Origin: Chiloscyllium plagiosum | Lineage: Eukaryota | Reading direction: 5' to 3' | Length of the DNA: 64,000 bases | NCBI RefSeq assembly: GCF_004010195.1 | Contig: NC_057753.1 | Span: forward strand, 4,748,887-4,812,886 | In this document: positions 26,020 to 38,189 of the stretch, piece after piece | Position numbering within the stretch: the stretch's first letter is position 1 | Layout: every line of letters starts with the position of its first letter | Notes under the pieces: model-generated | Told to the model about the DNA's origin: nothing | Seen by the model: only the letters and a program-made list of their open reading frames with translations | Database searches by the model: none | Translations under genes and position numbers: made by a program

Positions 26020-26278
26020 GCATGCACCCCGTCGTACCTTTCCTGTATAAAGATGGCTGTCACGCATGCACCCTGTCGTACCTTTCCTGTATAAAGATGG
26101 CTGCATGCACCCTGTCGTACCTTTCCTGTATAAAGATGGCTGTCGCGCATGCACCCTGTCGTACCTTTCCTGTATAAAGATGGGCATGCACCCTGTCGTA
26201 CCTTTCCTGTATAAAGATGGCTGTCGCGCATGCACCCTGTCGTACCTTGCCTGTATAAAGATGGCCATTGCGCATGCG
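26020..26278. repeat. Minisatellite, 6 units of 37-44 bp, each with YY1-like AAGATGG(C) and GCATGC
   Basis: Units start at 26020, 26064, 26103, 26147, 26184 and 26228. Confidence 0.95.
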
Positions 26279-26279
26279 T

Positions 26280-27115
26280 CCCACCGATCATAGTTCCCAA
26301 TTGAGATGGCGGCGGTAACCGGAGCCGATCATCGCGTGACGCCCTCAACCCGTTTGCTGAGAACGCGTCACCGGTAGATTCTCACTTCTCACTTCTCATC
26401 TCTCTCTCTCTCTTTCTCTGGAGGTAGGCACTGGGTATTTACGAGACCTTCGGGTCCAATGTATCACCCTCTGCGCTGCGCCGCCCCACATCTGACAACT
26501 TCTTCAACAGATACGCGCGACCGACGGTTGATCACGTGCCGTATGGCTAACCCCGCCTTTCGCTCACTCCGATTGGTTGGCGGACGCGCCCGGGGCGTGA
26601 GGTAGGTGGAGTTCTTCTATTGGTCTCTCCTGGCCGTCAATCATTCGCCGCAGCTCGCCCCTCCCTGCGCAGTGGCGGGCCGGCTGGCAGTGATTTGAAG
26701 AGCGCATGCGCTATCGCCATTTTTTTTCCTCCGGGCCGCCGACGGTCGGTGTGTTCTTTGTCTGCTCTGCAAGCGACGTGCAGCAGGCGGACAGGGAGAA
26801 GATGAGAGATAGGGCAGCGGACGCGCGGGAAGGTTCTGTACACGTCTTGGGTCAGTTCTAACGCGAAATGGCAATCTTCGTGCCTCCCGTTCGCAACAAA
26901 CCAGAAAATGGCTCCAGGTTTCGTCGCGGTGTCAGATCCCGGGGACTTGCCGCCATCTTTATTCAGGGTATTGGACTGCGCGTCCGCCATCTTTGTAGGG
27001 GGCAAGGTCTGGAAGGAGTGGGAGGAGCTTGTAACCCATTGTTTAGAGTGGAGACCAAATTGTCCATGAAACTGCATGAACCTTTCACACCCAATGTCTT
27101 TATTCATGAGACAGG
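26280..27115. promoter_or_regulatory. CpG island, bidirectional promoter of ZNF-3/ZNF-4 plus intron-1 element
   Basis: Reverse CCAAT near 26572 and 26619; NRF1-like GCGCATGCGC 26702; YY1-like motifs at about 26304, 26716, 26951 and 26985. Confidence 0.8.
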
Positions 27116-27689
27116 GCGGTGGTACAGCAGGGAAGAAAAGGAAACAAGTCCTGCTCCCATGCATTCTACTATCTCGTGGGACAATATAGTAAAGAAAGAG
27201 CTGCAGATGCTGGAAATCTGAAACAAAAACAGAAATTGCTGGAGGAACTCAGCAGGTACGACAGCAACTGAGGAGAGCAAGCAGAGTTATCACTTTGAGT
27301 GCAGCGACCCTTCTTCAGAGCTCAAGAGGCCGTCGGCTGAATTCCTCCAGCAATTTCTACCCTGGGTGTCCAAAGATCTATGGCTCACTTCAGTCACATG
27401 AAAACCCAGGAAAGAAATCTATAACCCTGGGAAGATGTCATTCTTTGAAAAAAGGGACTGCTAATCTGAGGAGGGGCAATATGTAACAGGGAGTATGTGA
27501 GGTTATCCTTGACCAGAAAGAGGGAATATTGTGATTTTTATCCTGGATTGAAAGGAATAGATTTTGGAAACTGCTTTAATAGCATGTGAGATTAGGAGGA
27601 TCTCCCACACAATGAACTGAAACAGAGGGAAATGTTTAGCTTCTATGAATATTTATCCAGGACTATCCATGATTACTTCTGTAAATTTC

Positions 27690-27800
27690 TTTTGTAGGAT
27701 GATCTGAGGAGCTTTGAAAATGAGAAACTCAAACCAAACATCACATCAAAATTGAACAGAATCACTCTGATCATATGGACTAAGATGTTAGCAGCTTTTG
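27690..27800 (+). other. Candidate 5' UTR exon of ZNF-4, homologous to the start of the coding exons
   Basis: TTTTGTAG| ... GAAACTCAAACCAAACATCACATCA; donor uncertain (GTAAGT near 27806). Confidence 0.45.
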
Positions 27801-27927
27801 TAGTGTAAGTATTTAGTTCCAGGTAATTACCATTCACTGCAAGAAATTTCTTCTTTGAATTTCCGCACTCCCGCCAAGTCGATTTTGTCCAAAGTCTTAA
27901 ATCTGTGCCATAATCGATTCTCAATCA

Positions 27928-28241
27928 TTAGATTAGATTAGATTACAGTGTGGAAACAGGCCCTTCAGCCCAACAAGTCCACACCGACCCGCCGAAGCGC
28001 AACCCACCCATACCCCTACATTTACCCCTTACCAAACACTACGGGCAATTTAGCATCGCCAATTCACCTGACCCTGCACATCTTTGGACTGTGGGAGGAA
28101 ACCGGAGCACCCGGAGGAAACCCACGCAGACACGGGGAGAACATGCAAACTCCATACATCAGTCACCTGAGGTGGGAATTGAACCTGGGTCTCTGGCGCT
28201 GTGAGGCAGCAGTGCTAACCACTGTGCCACCGTGCCGCCCA
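27928..28241 (-). mobile_element. Full-length HE1-like V-SINE
   Basis: As 21601-21909. Confidence 0.92.
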
Positions 28242-29183
28242 CATGATCAGTTGATAAAGACAAATTTTATCCACCTTGTCTAGCTTTAGCATGAGCACTT
28301 TTAGCAAATCTCCCCTCAATATCTTCTCCTGAAAGGAGAACAGTCTTAGCTCCTCCAATCCTGACTCCCCAAGCCCTGCCCTGCATCTACAATCTTCTTT
28401 ATTCAGAGAGTAGTAGGGGCGTGGAATGCACTGCCTACAACAATAGGAGACTTGCTGACTTTAAGAACATTTAAATGTTCAATGAATAGAAATATGGAGG
28501 AAAAGTGAATAATGTAGGTTAGATGGGCTTCGAATTGATTTCATGGGTAGGTGCAACATTGAGGACTAAAGAGTCTGTACTGCGCTGTAATGTTCTACGT
28601 AATACAAAGCACATATTAGATTTAGGTTTTGTTGCCATGTGTACTCAAGTACAGAGTATAGTGAAAAGTGCACGATGTTGCTACACACCCAGTACTGTCT
28701 TAGGTACAATTGTAGAACTAGAAAAATAAAGAAATAAGTTTAAAAAGTTCAGCACTACAGTCCTCTTGGTATGAAAGTGTAAAAATAAAGTTTAAAAAGT
28801 CAAACATGACGACAGTCCTTTCATAAGCCTTGGCCCTGCAGACACTCCAAATTGGGTTGTCCCAAAGAGGACTCGCACTCCCCTGGACTGCACATGCTTT
28901 CCCACACTGAGCTAAGACATGCCTGTGCTCACCAGCTGCCCTCCATCAGGGCATGCTAGGCCTCGCCACCATCCTTTGCGACCGGTTGTGCTGCCATCTG
29001 GGCCCGTGCTGGGATCAGAAGCGTGATGAAGTATTCTCCACTTCGCTGAGTTAATGCAGCTCCCAATAACACTCGAGACTTGATACCAATCGGGGTCAAC
29101 CAGCCCATTTGATTGGTACCACATTCACCACCTTCAACATCCATTCCCTTCACCAACAATGCATGGTGGCAGCAAGATGTACC

Positions 29184-29413
29184 CACCTCTCCCGACAAGG
29201 TGCATTGCAGTAACTCACACAGGCTCCTAACCCATGACCTCTGCCACAGGATAACAAGGGTAGAATGAGTGGAAAGTGAGGTCTGCAGATGCTGGAGATC
29301 AGAGCTGGAAATGTGTTGCTGGAAACACCTCTCCCGACAAGGTGCATTGCAGTAACTCACACAGGCTCCTAACCCATGACCTCTGCCACAGGATAATAAG
29401 GGTAGAATGAGTG
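29184..29413. repeat. 88-bp direct duplication flanking a 54-bp PLE terminal fragment
   Basis: 29184-29271 equals 29326-29413 with 1 mismatch; insert GAAAGTGAGGTCTGCAGATGCTGG... at 29272-29325. Confidence 0.9.
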
Positions 29414-29940
29414 CACCACCAAGTTTCTCCAAGCCACGAATCATCCTGAATTGCAGCTGTATCAATGTTGTTCCTTCACTGTTGCTGGGTGTAAAATCCT
29501 GGAGCTCATTTCCTAACAGCACAATGGATGCAACAGTTCAAGAAGGCTGCTCTCCGCCACTTTTAAGAGAAGTTATGGATAAAGATTAAATGCGGATCAC
29601 GCCAGTGATACCCACATTCCACAAATGCATAATAAACAAACCCTAATCTAGAAGCTAAAATTCCTCATCCCTTGAACCATTCTTGTGAATCACCTCTGCA
29701 CACTCTCAGTGCCATATTCTTCATAATGAGTGGTTATCACTGATTTGCACAAACCCACATACTCTGCATTTTTGTGTGATTTTATTGCACTCCCTGGGTA
29801 TGGCCTCAACTGAGAGACTTTTCTGTGATCCCAGCATGGGATAAAGGTTTGTGATGTGGATAAATATCATTTGTAGAGTTTGGATTTTGAACGAGTGGCA
29901 TATAGATGTTGGGATCAAAAAGTGTGGTGCTGGAAAAGCA

Positions 29941-30203
29941 CTAGGCGAAAATGGGGACTGCAGATGCTGGAGATCAGAGTCAAGATTAGAGTGGTGCTGG
30001 AAAAGCACAACGGGTCAGATAGCGTCTGACGAGCAGGAGAGTCGACATTTCAGGCATAAGCCCTTCGACAATTCCCGATGAAGGTCTTATGCCCAAAACG
30101 TCGACTCTGCTGCTCCTCCAATACTCCCGGACCTGCTGTGCTTTTCCAGCGCCACACTTTTTGACTCTGATCTCCAACATCTGCAGTCCTCACTTTCACC
30201 TAG
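29941..30203. mobile_element. Older, diverged palindromic PLE-derived element
   Basis: CTAGG...CCTAG ends, imperfect arms centred near 30070, two degenerate hammerheads. Confidence 0.8.
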
Positions 30204-30574
30204 CATATGGATGTTGGTTCCTTCTTTGTGAAAGGTTTCAGAAAGCCAAGCCTGATAGACTTGTAAACTTTCGAGAGTATAATTGAATCTGTGCTGAGAC
30301 GATGGATTTACAGCAGACAATGTAAACATTGCAGCCATTAGCTTGCTTTTGGCTTAAAATAACCTAGGATTGACTTTAGCTCACAAAACCCAGAGATTGA
30401 AAGCTCCTCGTGCATTTTATTGTGGAGACCTGACTGCGTTCAGAAGTAAATATAATTTCTGTCCTGGAAAGGATTATTGGACAAGAAAGCAGTCATATTG
30501 GTATAAAAGTTTAGATTGTGAAACTTGTAGTTCAGTAGTGTTTCATTAGAGATTTGCGGAGTATTCAGGTTAAG

Positions 30575-32155
30575 TCATGGAGATGTACAGCATGGAAACA
30601 GACCCTTTGGTCCAAATTGTCCATGCTGACCAGATATCCTAACCTAACCTAGTCTCACTTGCCGGCACTAGGCCATATCCCTCTAAACCCTTCCTATTCA
30701 TATACCCATACAGATGCCTTTTAAATGTTGCAATTGTGCCAGCCTCCTCCACCACCTCTGGTAGCTCATTCCATACATGCACCACCCTCTGCATGAAAAC
30801 ATTGCCCCTGAGGTCTCTTTTATATCTTGTCCCTCTCACCCTAAACCTATACCCTCTAGTTCTGGACTCCCACACCCCAGGGAAAAGACCTTGTCTCCAG
30901 CATCTGTAGTACTCACTTTCGCCTACCTTGTCTATTGACCTTATCCAATCCCCTCATGATTTTATACACCTCTATAAGGTCACCACTCAGCCTCCAACGC
31001 TCCAGAGAAAACAGCCCCAGCCTGTTCAGCCTCTTCCTATAGCTCAAATCCTCCAACCCTGCCAACATCCTTGTAAATCCTTTCAAGTTTCACAACATCC
31101 TTCCGATAGGAAGGAGACCAGAATTGCACGCAATATTCCAAAAGTAGCTGAACCAATGTCCTGTACAGCCGCAACATGGCCTTCCAACTCCTGTACTCCA
31201 TACTCTGACCAATAAAGGAAAGCATACCAAACGCCGCCTTTGCTATCCTGTCTACCTGTGACTCTACTTTCAAGGAGCTAAGGTTACTCCAAGGTCTCTT
31301 TGTTCAGCAACACTCCCTGGGACCTTACCATTAAGTGTATAAATCCTGCTAAGATTTGCTTTCCTAAAATGCAGCACCTCACATTTATCTGAATTAAACT
31401 CCATCTGCCACTTCCCAGCCCATTGGCCCATCTGGTCAAGATACTGTTGTAATCTGAGGTAACCTCCTTCGCTGTTCACTACACCTCCAATTTTAGTGTC
31501 ATCTACAAACTTACTACCTTCATCTGCTATGTTCACATCCAAATCATTTATGTAAATGACGAAAAGCAGTGGACCCAGCACCGATCCTTGTTGCACTTCA
31601 CTGGTCACAGGCCTCCAGTCTGAAAAGCAACCCTCCTCCTCCACCACCCTCTGTCTTCTACCTTTGAGCCAGTTCTGTATCCAAATGGCGAGCTCTCCCT
31701 GTATTCCACGCGATCTAATCTTGGTAACCAATCTCCCATGGGGAGCCTTGTCGAATGCCTTACTGAAGTCCATATAGATCGCGTCCACCGCTCTGCCCTC
31801 ATCAATCCTTTGTTATTTCTTCAAAAAACTCAATCAAGTTTGTGAGACATGATTTCCCACGCACAAAGCCATGCTGACTATCCCGAAATCAGTCCTTGCT
31901 TTTCCTAGTACATGTACATCCTGTCCCTCAGGATTCCCTCCGACAACTTGTCCAGCACCAACATCAAGCTCACCGATCTATAGTTCCCTGGCTTGTCTTT
32001 ACCGCCCTTCTTAAACAGTGGCACCACGTTAGCCGACCGCTAGTCTTCCGGCCCCTCACCTGTGACTATCGATGATACAAATATCTCAGCAAGAGGCCCA
32101 GCAATCACTTCCCTAGCTTCCCACGGAATTCTCAGGTACACCTGATCATGTCCTG
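30575..32155 (-). mobile_element. CR1 (HER1-like) LINE, 5'-truncated, covering the RT domain; carries a 29-bp PLE insert at 30897-30925
   Basis: ORF 31270-31788 has YMDFSKAFDK, QGSVLGPLLF and KFVDD; the insert is flanked by CCTTGTCT. Confidence 0.93.
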
Positions 32156-32989
32156 AGAAAGTCGAAGCTTTCAGTTTTGCCAGTATTCATTTAGGAAGTC
32201 AGCACGGTTCACAGGACAGAACTGGAAAGAAGCTGTTCATCAAGACTAAAGATTTGATATGGAAGGGGCATTTCTAAGGGTATGTGGCTCTGTAAAGTGA
32301 TGGTGTTGGGGAGCAAATGAGACTTTGTTTTGTCTTTTAATATCTTTAAAATTGCATTCTACGTTTAGTTTTTTATTTTCTCAGAGTGTCACAATACCCG
32401 AAAAAAAACCTGCAGGTTTCTGTGAATGACTAGCTTAAATAAATGTGATCTATCAAGCCAGGTCACATTCTGGGAACTGGCCTGTCCAGTAGGAACATCA
32501 ACCGGGATCATAATAAGTGGTTTCTGGCTGCAGCAGGAGATTTTAAAACTTTAGAGGGGAATAGTTTTGACCATTCATCAATAATTTTGAGCTTTTCTGT
32601 TCTGTTACTTCTGAGAGGTTCGATATCTCTGGGGCTCATTTAGTTTGGATTTAAATCCATATCTATCCATTGTTGTGTTTCACCTCTACCCACCCTGATC
32701 AACTGTCTGTCTAATTTCCTCTGTCAATAATAGCGATTTTACTCAGGATTGGTATGTGAGTGTTATGTTCACCGGCTGTGACTAAATGAGATTCTCCTGC
32801 CCAACCTCTGACTTGTATGCTGTATCTTTATCTTCTATGGGATGTTTCACAGAAATAAATTATTTTTCCTGAACTGCTGGGCTTATATTGAACATCAAAT
32901 TCTGTGCCATTTTTAATTAATTCTGAACATCCTGAAACATTGACTTTATTTCGATTTCCACAGGTTTCACGAAATATTGCCGGTCCCCA

Positions 32990-34380
32990 GTGCAGAAGAT
33001 GATGTTTGAGCTTCCTGAACTGCTGCAGTCTGTCTCGTGAAGGTGTTCCCACAATGCTGTTAGGTAAGGAGTAACAGGTCATGCCCCGGTGATGATGAAG
33101 GAACGGTGATGCACATACAAAACAAGGACAGCAACTTGAATTTATATAGCACCTTATAACGTGAAATATCCCAAAGTGGTTCACAGGAATTTTAGAAAGC
33201 AGTGCGGGACCGTCTGAAGATCTTAGGGTCAGGTGACCAAAATCTGGGACAGAGAGAGAAGTTTTAAGGATTAAATTTGGAAATTGAGGTAGATGTTTAG
33301 GGATGATTCCAGAGCGTGTGGCCCGAAGAGCAGTGGTGGAGCCATTAAAATTGGGAATGTTCCGGAAGACAGAACAAGTGGAATTGAGACACCTCAGAGG
33401 CTGGAGGAGGTTACAAAGATGGGGAGGGTTGTGAGGGGGATGGGAATTACAGAGGTAGTTAGGAATTTTGAAACCTGGGATTAGGATTTCAAAATGTTGA
33501 TGGTACTTAAGCCCAGAACCTTGAAGGCCAGTTTGAACAGGGGAGGTGGGTGAACACACTGGCTTCAAGATTACAGGGAGGTTGCATGTGGGAGGTATTA
33601 GGATAGTTAAATCCAGAGGTAACAAGTGAATGACTGAGAGTACCAGCACCAGGTGAGCTGAGACTAGAGTGAAATCCAGTGGAACATCCGCGAGGCCTCT
33701 TCTGGGGCCCTGCCCGGTTCTGGTCACCCTTTTATAGGAAGGATATTATTAAGCTGGAGAGGGTTCAGAAGAGATTTTCCAGGATGTTGCCTGGTATGGA
33801 AGGTTTAGGTTAGAAAGAAAAGCTGGATAGGCTGGGACATTTTTCACTGGAGCATAGGCAGATGAGAGGTGACCTTTTATAGAGGTTTATAAAACCATGT
33901 TAATGATGGGTGTCTTTTCCCTAGGATGGAGGATTTCAAGACTAAGGGGCGAGAACTTCCTGAGGAAGTGTTGGATTTGGGCATAGTTACAATGTTTAAA
34001 AGACATTTGGATACGTACATGAATACAAAAAGTTTAGAGGGATACGGGCCAAGAGCAGGCAGGTGGGACGACTTTAGTTTGGGATTACGTTCGGCTGGTT
34101 GGACAGAAGGGTCTGTTTCCGTGCTGTATGATTTCCTGACTCTGTTACTGAGGTGCAAAAAGGTGGTTCTGGTAATGGTAGGATATGAAATGTGGATCTC
34201 ATCCTGGTGTGAACTATTTCTCCAAGGTTGTGAACAGTCTGGTTCAGCCTCGTGTGGTTACGAGGGGGTGGAGCTTGTAGCAAGGACTGAAGACAATAAA
34301 TTCGGTTTTTCCAATATTTAAGGGCAAGAAATGTTTGCTGTTCAAGTATGGGATGCCTTATGTCAGGACAGTGTGATTTT
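32990..34380. mobile_element. LINE piece and antisense L2 remnant interrupted by a CR1 3' end (33690-34140, +)
   Basis: L2 end TTGAATTTATATAGCACC; CR1 tail motifs. Confidence 0.6.
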
Positions 34381-34824
34381 GGAGGGAACTTGGAGATAGT
34401 GAAAACTACTATCTCCAAGAGGTCCTTCCAAGAGGTTGCAGGAGTATGTGAAAACTATTATCTCCAAGTTCCCTTTGGTTGCACGGATAAAATCACTTTC
34501 TTCCACTCTCTCTGTCTCATTTACCAGCTTCCCAATCATGGAGGCCACAGTCTTTTGAAGGTGAACAGTTGGGTTTTTAACGACAATACAGCAGCTTTCA
34601 CCGTCACATCTCCCTAGTGCCAGCCCCACAAGTGACCGGATTTGTTCAGTTCAATTCCACAAGTTTGCAATTCCTTGTGTTACCCTGCACTCCCTGTTGT
34701 CTGTTTTGAACCGATTTTCACAGGGCTATATGAGGTGTGATCGAGAAACCCGAACCAGATGTCCCATCGTGATCTGGTGAGGTCACTCACTTTATTGTAG
34801 CCTGGGCATCATCGGAGTTTGAAC

Positions 34825-36192
34825 ATGGAAGGTGAAGGCACTGTGCACAGTGGGGAGGAATTGTACACATGTTTTGTGTGTGGGCGAGGCTTCAGCCGAT
34901 CATCGGACCTGTTAGAACATAAATGTAGTGGGGAGAAACTGTGGAAATGTGGGGTCTATGAGGGTGAATCCAGATCCTTGTCTAAACTGGAAACACACTG
35001 GCGCAGTCAGACCACGGAAGGACTCTTCACCTTCTCTGACAGTGGGAAGGCATTCACTTCCTCTTCCGCCCTGCTGGCACAGCAATGGGGTCACGCTGAG
35101 GAGAGACCTTTCAAATGCTTAGACTGCACCAAATGCTTCACAAGTTCTTGGGACCTGATTTTTCATCAATGCGTTCACACTGACGAGAGACCGTTCAGGT
35201 GCGCTCAGTGTGGGACTGGCTTCCGAACATCGTCTGACCTCCTCGCGCACCAGCCAGTTCACACTGGCGAGAGGCCGTTCGTCTGCTCAGAGTGTGGGAA
35301 GGGATTCGCGCAGAGCTCTACCCTTGTGAAACATCGGCGCGTTCACACTGGCGAGAAACCATTCACCTGCTCTCAGTGTGGGGAGGGATTCGCTCAGTCA
35401 TCTCACCTCGTGAGACACCAACGCATTCACACTGGGGAAAGACCGTTCACCTGCTCCGAGTGCGGGAAGGGATTCACTCAGTCGTCCACCTTGCTGGCAC
35501 ACCAGAGGCTTCACACCGGGGAGAGACCATTCATCTGCTCAGAGTGTGGGAAGGGATTCACTCAGTCGTCCAAGCTGTTGATACACCAGAGGCTTCACAC
35601 TGATGAGAGACCATTTCAGTGCCCAGACTGTGCAAAGCGGTTTAAAAGTTCTGGGGAACTGATGTCCCATCAGCGTGTTCACACTGACGAGAGACCATTC
35701 AGGTGCTCTCACTGTGCAATTGGGTTCAAACGATCATCTGATCTCACAGTACACCAGCGGGTTCACACTGGGGAGAGGCCGTTCACCTGCTCCCAGTGTG
35801 GGAAGGGATTCACTTCCTCATCCACCCTGCTGATACACCAGCGAATTCACACTGGGGAGAGGCCCTTTATCTGCTCCGAGTGTGGGAAGGGATTCACTGA
35901 GTTAGCCAGCTTGCTGAAACACCGGAGTACTCACAGCGAGGAGAGGCCATTCACCTGCTCAGAGTGTGGGAAGGGATTCAGTCGGTCGTCAACGCTGGTG
36001 ACTCACTGGCGAGTTCACACGGGGGAAAGGCCTTTCATCTGCTTCAGCTGTGGGAAGACGTTCACTCAATTATGCAGTCTGTTGAGACACCAGCGGGTTC
36101 ACACTGGGGAGAGGCCATTCACCTGCTCAGATTGTGGGAAGGGATTCACTCGATCATCTACCCTGATGAAACATCAGAAAATTCATAACTAA
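34825..36192 (+). CDS. ZNF-4: 13 intact C2H2 fingers preceded by 3 degenerate fingers
   Basis: ORF 34819-36192 with ATG at 34825 (TTGAACATGG); acceptor TTTTCACAG before 34724; AATAAA at 36317. Confidence 0.94.
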   Translation: MEGEGTVHSGEELYTCFVCGRGFSRSSDLLEHKCSGEKLWKCGVYEGESRSLSKLETHWRSQTTEGLFTFSDSGKAFTSSSALLAQQWGHAEERPFKCLDCTKCFTSSWDLIFHQCVHTDERPFRCAQCGTGFRTSSDLLAHQPVHTGERPFVCSECGKGFAQSSTLVKHRRVHTGEKPFTCSQCGEGFAQSSHLVRHQRIHTGERPFTCSECGKGFTQSSTLLAHQRLHTGERPFICSECGKGFTQSSKLLIHQRLHTDERPFQCPDCAKRFKSSGELMSHQRVHTDERPFRCSHCAIGFKRSSDLTVHQRVHTGERPFTCSQCGKGFTSSSTLLIHQRIHTGERPFICSECGKGFTELASLLKHRSTHSEERPFTCSECGKGFSRSSTLVTHWRVHTGERPFICFSCGKTFTQLCSLLRHQRVHTGERPFTCSDCGKGFTRSSTLMKHQKIHN

Positions 36193-36962
36193 CTTCAGTC
36201 ATTGGATTTTGCTGTTAATCACATCCAAGCCTGTGTTGTGTTCACTTGTGTACATTTCTGCTGGTGTTAATAAACTCCAATGCATTTACAGGGCTTAATA
36301 TTGTGGATAAAGGTCTAATAAAGTAACTTTGATTTAAATTCATAGTATGTTAAGTCTTCTTTAATATCACTGGCTGAAGTTGATCCCTTTTCAAGTGCTC
36401 ACCCTCCTATCTGCCTCATCCATCTTCATTTCCAATAAATGCAAAGAGCCATGGAACAACATTGTCACTAAGATCATGGCCATCTGATCATCTGTTTCTG
36501 CTGCTTCCCTCCATTTCATAAGGTCACCAGGCCAAACCATGTCGTAAACCTCCTTGTCAGAGACTTTGCCCCCATATCCCCTCCTACCCGCTCCTAAAAC
36601 TTACAGGCAAAGTCCATTCTCACTTCAATGTGTGGCTACCTCAGATAATCACTGCTACCTGTCCTGAATTAATCAATTTCAGTAGCAGGAGTTTGCTTCA
36701 GACCGTAGAGTTTCCTCTGTTTAAAGCCACAAACAGACATGACCAGTTTCTCCCAAATTTGACACAGATCAGGTTCTCATTGAGAAGCAGAAACAGAAAT
36801 TGCTGGGGCATGGAGAAAAAAACCTCAATGGGTCTGGCAGCATCTGTGGAGAGAAACCTGTAACATTAACTCAGCTTTGGCTGCATAGATGCTGATGTTT
36901 TCCAGCAATTGCTGTTCTCGTTTCTGATTTCCAGCATCTGCAGTTCCTTGGGGTTGTTTTAT

Positions 36963-37325
36963 CATGATTTGGAAGTGCTGATGTTAGACTGGGGTGTACA
37001 AAGTTTAAAAATCACACAACACCAGGTTATAGTCCGAACAGGTTTGTTTGGAAGTACTAGCTTTGAGAGTGCTGCTTCTTCGTCAGGTGGTTGTGGAGTA
37101 TAAGATCGTAAGACACAGAATTTATAGCAAAAGCTTACAGTGTGATGCAACTGAAATGATGTATTGAAAAAGTCCTGGATTATTTGTTAGAATGACCATA
37201 TTGGTTTCAGTTTCTTCATATGTAAATCCCAGAACATTTTTATAAAAGTACATTCTGAAGTGAACTTTACCAGTAGGTGCCATGTCATCTCAGATAATGC
37301 ATTGAAGATGTGAGGTGCCCTGTGT
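36963..37325 (-). mobile_element. PLE family B terminal fragment with a degenerate hammerhead
   Basis: Same sequence family as 46810-47150; CAC-CTGACGA...CAAAGCTA on the minus strand at 37056-37090. Confidence 0.7.
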
Positions 37326-37379
37326 GAGTTTTTTTTCCCCAGGTTTTCAATGAGGCAGACGCTCAGACAATGGAAGAGT

Positions 37380-37980
37380 TCCGGGCTCAGCTCTCCAATG
37401 TTGGAGGACCTATGCTCGCGTGTGGTCCTCCAGGCCCGCCCCATTCACGTTGATTGGTGGGAAGACCAGGTCTTCCAGCACTGCCTTCCCTTCTTAGTGG
37501 TCAGGAGCTGCCGTCAATCAACCCTTCCGCCCCGCGCGATGGAGCATGCGCGCTGCCAGTCTGTGGCGCTGATCGGTTAAGGGCGTGCAGGGCCGCCATC
37601 TTTTGGTAGGCCGCCGACGGTCAGCCTTTTGTTTGTTGGATTCGCAAACGGTGAGCACCAGGCGATTTGGAAGGAGAAGGCCACCCGTAGGGGTTGCGCG
37701 GCTCCGCAGCGCCTTATTCAGGCACACGATCCGAGGTTGAAACTCCCGTTTTCAGAAAACGGGAGTCCGGCTCCAGGATCCATCGCGCCAGCAGAGTCTT
37801 CGGGTGATGGCCACCATTTGTATTGGGGGCACTCGGCGTGGAACGGCGCATGCGTGTCCGCCATCTTTGTAGGGGGCAATGTTTGGCATGACTGTGAGGA
37901 GCTGGCTTCCTATTGTTCAGGATGGAGACAACTTATCCATCAAGTTGCATTAGCCTTTCACACCCAATGTCTTGTTGATG
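37380..37980 (+). promoter_or_regulatory. Orphan CpG-island promoter paralogous to the ZNF-4 promoter
   Basis: Shares GCCGTCAATCA, CGCCATCTTT..GGCCGCCGACGGTC and the 120-bp intron-1 element with 26560-27115. Confidence 0.75.
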
Positions 37981-38189
37981 AGGCACAGCAACGGCGCAAA
38001 GGCAAAAAAAGGAAGCAAATCTCTTTGTCCAGATCCCATGAGTCCCAGTGCAGAAACCCATGACCCTGAGGAGGCACCGTTCTGATATTGAGAGGATTGC
38101 TGACCCCAGCAAAGGGCAGTGTGCAGCAGGGAGCATGCACGGTCATCCTGAGTTGGGCGTAGGGGATGTTGTGAACAGGAGAAAGCATT

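Noticed and set aside
26020-26278. CRISPR-like array
   Set aside because: No unique spacers, eukaryotic context and no cas genes; it is a minisatellite.
31270-31788. Functional reverse transcriptase gene
   Set aside because: Truncated, frameshifted CR1 copy.
32828-33727. 299-aa minus-strand ORF
   Set aside because: Crosses several unrelated repeat remnants, non-ATG start, no domain.
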